DNA of 64,000 nt from the human T2T-CHM13v2.0 reference genome, Homo sapiens. Under the pieces are notes generated by a model. That model searched no databases. It was not told where the DNA came from and saw only the letters and a program-made list of their open reading frames with translations. Below, one piece after another: positions 61,786 through 64,000 of the stretch; the first letter of the stretch is position 1; every line of letters begins with the position of its first letter. The stretch is taken from NCBI RefSeq assembly GCF_009914755.1, contig NC_060931.1; one strand, written 5' to 3'. The translations under genes and the position numbers were made by a program.

Positions 61786-62549
61786 AAAGAAGATAAAAAT
61801 GATCCAGATGAAGGAGGTTTAGAGGGTTTATTTGGAAATGCTCCATAGAAGACAAAAATTTTGAGTAGGGTTTTAAAAGACAAGAATTACTTAAAAATAT
61901 TTTTGAAAGTGTACAGTGAGTTCAAAAAAGCAGAGAAAAGAGTAGTTGTGGAATGTTCGAACCAGTTTTCCCTAGACCAGAAAAGGAGTCTAAAAGGTTT
62001 GACACAGAGTTCCACCATGCCTTAGCCCCATACCACAGATGTTCAAGTAGAAGAGGTGTCGAAGGGTTTATAAGAGATGTGGAGCTGGGGTTTGGGCCAG
62101 GAGATTCTTTTTCTTTTTCTTTTTTCTTGAAGAAAGTATTGGTTAAAAGTAGGGTGAAAAGTACTTCTCCAGTGTATGCTGGTATAATTAGTGTCCATGA
62201 ATATCTGCAGCACTTTACAAACATGCAGCATAGTAGCTCTCAGTCATGCTGCGCAAGATACAAAGGCAAAATCCCAAATACGTGTGCCATGGTTTTGTTT
62301 TTAACTTGGAAAAATGGTCTCACCAAAACAGTTTTATAAGCCATTATTAGTTCCCAGTTTAGCACAAAAAAATCAACTTCTATAAGGGAACAACAAAAAA
62401 GGGTAAACAATAATACAAAAGAAAACAAATGTATTTCAACTGCCCTTCCCATTTAATACTCAACTCATAGTAATATAGTTTCTACCCATACTGTGCCATA
62501 AAAACGTATCAAAATTTCTTCCTGGCTTTCTACCTTATCAAATTTCTTC

Positions 62550-63792
62550 CTGGCTGCCAAATCCATTGTATCCTATTTATTCTTGATATCCAAGCTCATC
62601 ACTCTTTTGCCTTTTTACATATTGACAATTTTCAAGGTATACCTCCAGGCCAGAACATATATCCTTTTAGGCAATTCCATTTGGTTCCAAAGATAGATCT
62701 TTCTCTTTATATCCCAGAGTCAACTGCTGATCTTCACATTTTGATCTGCTCTTCCCATTTGCTCTATCTCAAAGAAGAACAGCACCCAGTTCCCTAATGC
62801 AGGATGCAGTTATTATACCGACTCCTCCCTCTGCATTTCTACGATGAAGACTTCTGAGCACACATCCCAACAAACTCCATCATTTTTCCTTCACTCTCAT
62901 GTTTACTTAAGTTTACTCACCATTTGTTCCTTGGATTTCCAAGAGAATTGGTTGGCCTCTATTTCTTCCATAAACAATCTATACTCCCACCAAATTAAAC
63001 TTTCTAAAATGTCAATCAAATGCCACTCCTTTGATTAAAAAAACCCTTAAAACCTGACCTTTATTCTCAATATAGAGACCATCTTCCTGGGGATTCAAGC
63101 AAGCCCTCATGCTCTAGACCCTGCTTCCCTCCAGCTGCACCTCCAATGGCTCCCCGTGATCCAGCAATTTGCTGTTCCCCAAATGTGCCAAGTTCTCTTG
63201 CTTTATATTCCTTCCACATTAAATGTCACTATTCCTTTCTTTGCCTGACTTCTTAGCAGTCTTGAGTTCAGATATCATCTCCATATCACATATGGAGTCT
63301 TGATATCATTTCTTAGAAACTATTCAAGTCTCCAAAACTGATTCTCCATCACTCATGGCTGAAAGGAAAGGCCAATGTTCACGTAAGTTTTCAAACAGTT
63401 TCCATGAAGATTGAATTCGGTATTTCCTCCTATACTGCTTTGGAATCACTGAGGGATCACCTTAAGTTTTTGCTGATGGATATCTTCCTATAAATCTTTC
63501 TCAGTGAAAGGCTTCTTTAAGGTCAAAGAGCCTGCATGCTGCATGGGTGAGTGGCAGGTATTAGGGTTGGGGACCACCGGCCCTGTGTCCCGTCTGGGTA
63601 AGATGCTTTATTCCTGCCATCCCCCTTGCTCCCAGTGTTTTCTCATACATATTTCTGAATTTTAATATTTATTCTGTCTCTTGTACTAAACTGTGAGCAG
63701 CAGAATAAAGGCAGTGCCTTTTATTTCTGTACTCTGAATGCCTACCACAGTGTCTAACACATCATAGGTATTTACTGAATGTTTGTTTTTGA
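62550..63792 (+). mobile_element. L2 LINE 3' region, interrupted by the duplicated segment
   Basis: 'aaatgtcaatcaaatgccactcc', 'aaactgtgagc...tgcctaccacagtgtctaacacatcataggtatttactgaatgtttg'. Confidence 0.7.
63324..63567 (+). repeat. Dispersed direct repeat, copy 2 (partner 60677-60919)
   Basis: Same sequence as copy 1 with about 38 differences; embedded in L2. Confidence 0.92.
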
Positions 63793-64000
63793 AGTATCCT
63801 ACTCTGTGAATCAACAAAACAGACAACAATAGCTACAAGGTAAAGACAAGTGTGTAGTTTAACTTCTTAAATGAAAATTAGTTTAATTAAACATGGATAA
63901 AACCATAGAGGAAAATTTTCTATGGAGATTTAAAGGGAACACTAGGGCACTTAAAAAATGAGAACTGTATAGCTCTGGAATTTTATTGTCTTATTTCATA

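Noticed and set aside
61922-62339. Overlapping 128-aa (+) and 100-aa (-) ORFs
   Set aside because: Low-complexity stretches, no known domain and no convincing splice signals.
62508-62556. Short tandem repeat of atcaaa(a)tttcttcctggct
   Set aside because: An ordinary slippage duplication of no evident significance.

Overview
This window is AT-rich, repeat-dense primate genomic DNA, probably human or another ape: it carries AluY, AluS and AluJ SINEs, L1PA3/PA4 LINEs and THE1/MST/MLT1 LTRs. It is intronic or intergenic. I find no host protein-coding exon, RNA gene, CRISPR array or prokaryote-type system, and I cannot name the locus. The long ORFs in the track are L1 ORF2 remnants, Alu translations or chance ORFs. 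The most notable structures are: (1) a nested L1 complex at 15.5-19.4 kb, in which a twin-primed, 5'-inverted old L1PA received two further L1 insertions that each end at or near the homologous position of the host; (2) a ~245-bp, ~84%-identical duplication of unique DNA (60.7 kb) copied into an L2 at 63.3 kb; (3) a chimeric AluJ/AluSc suggesting a recombination-mediated deletion; (4) a probable short L1 3' transduction; (5) a recent 139-bp tandem duplication; (6) several motif-dense unique segments that look like enhancers or a weak promoter (7.4-8.0, 10.6-10.9, 30.4-30.8, 35.8-36.1, 42.2-43.1 kb). Repeat subfamily calls come from remembered consensus motifs and have approximate boundaries; they need RepeatMasker/Dfam confirmation.
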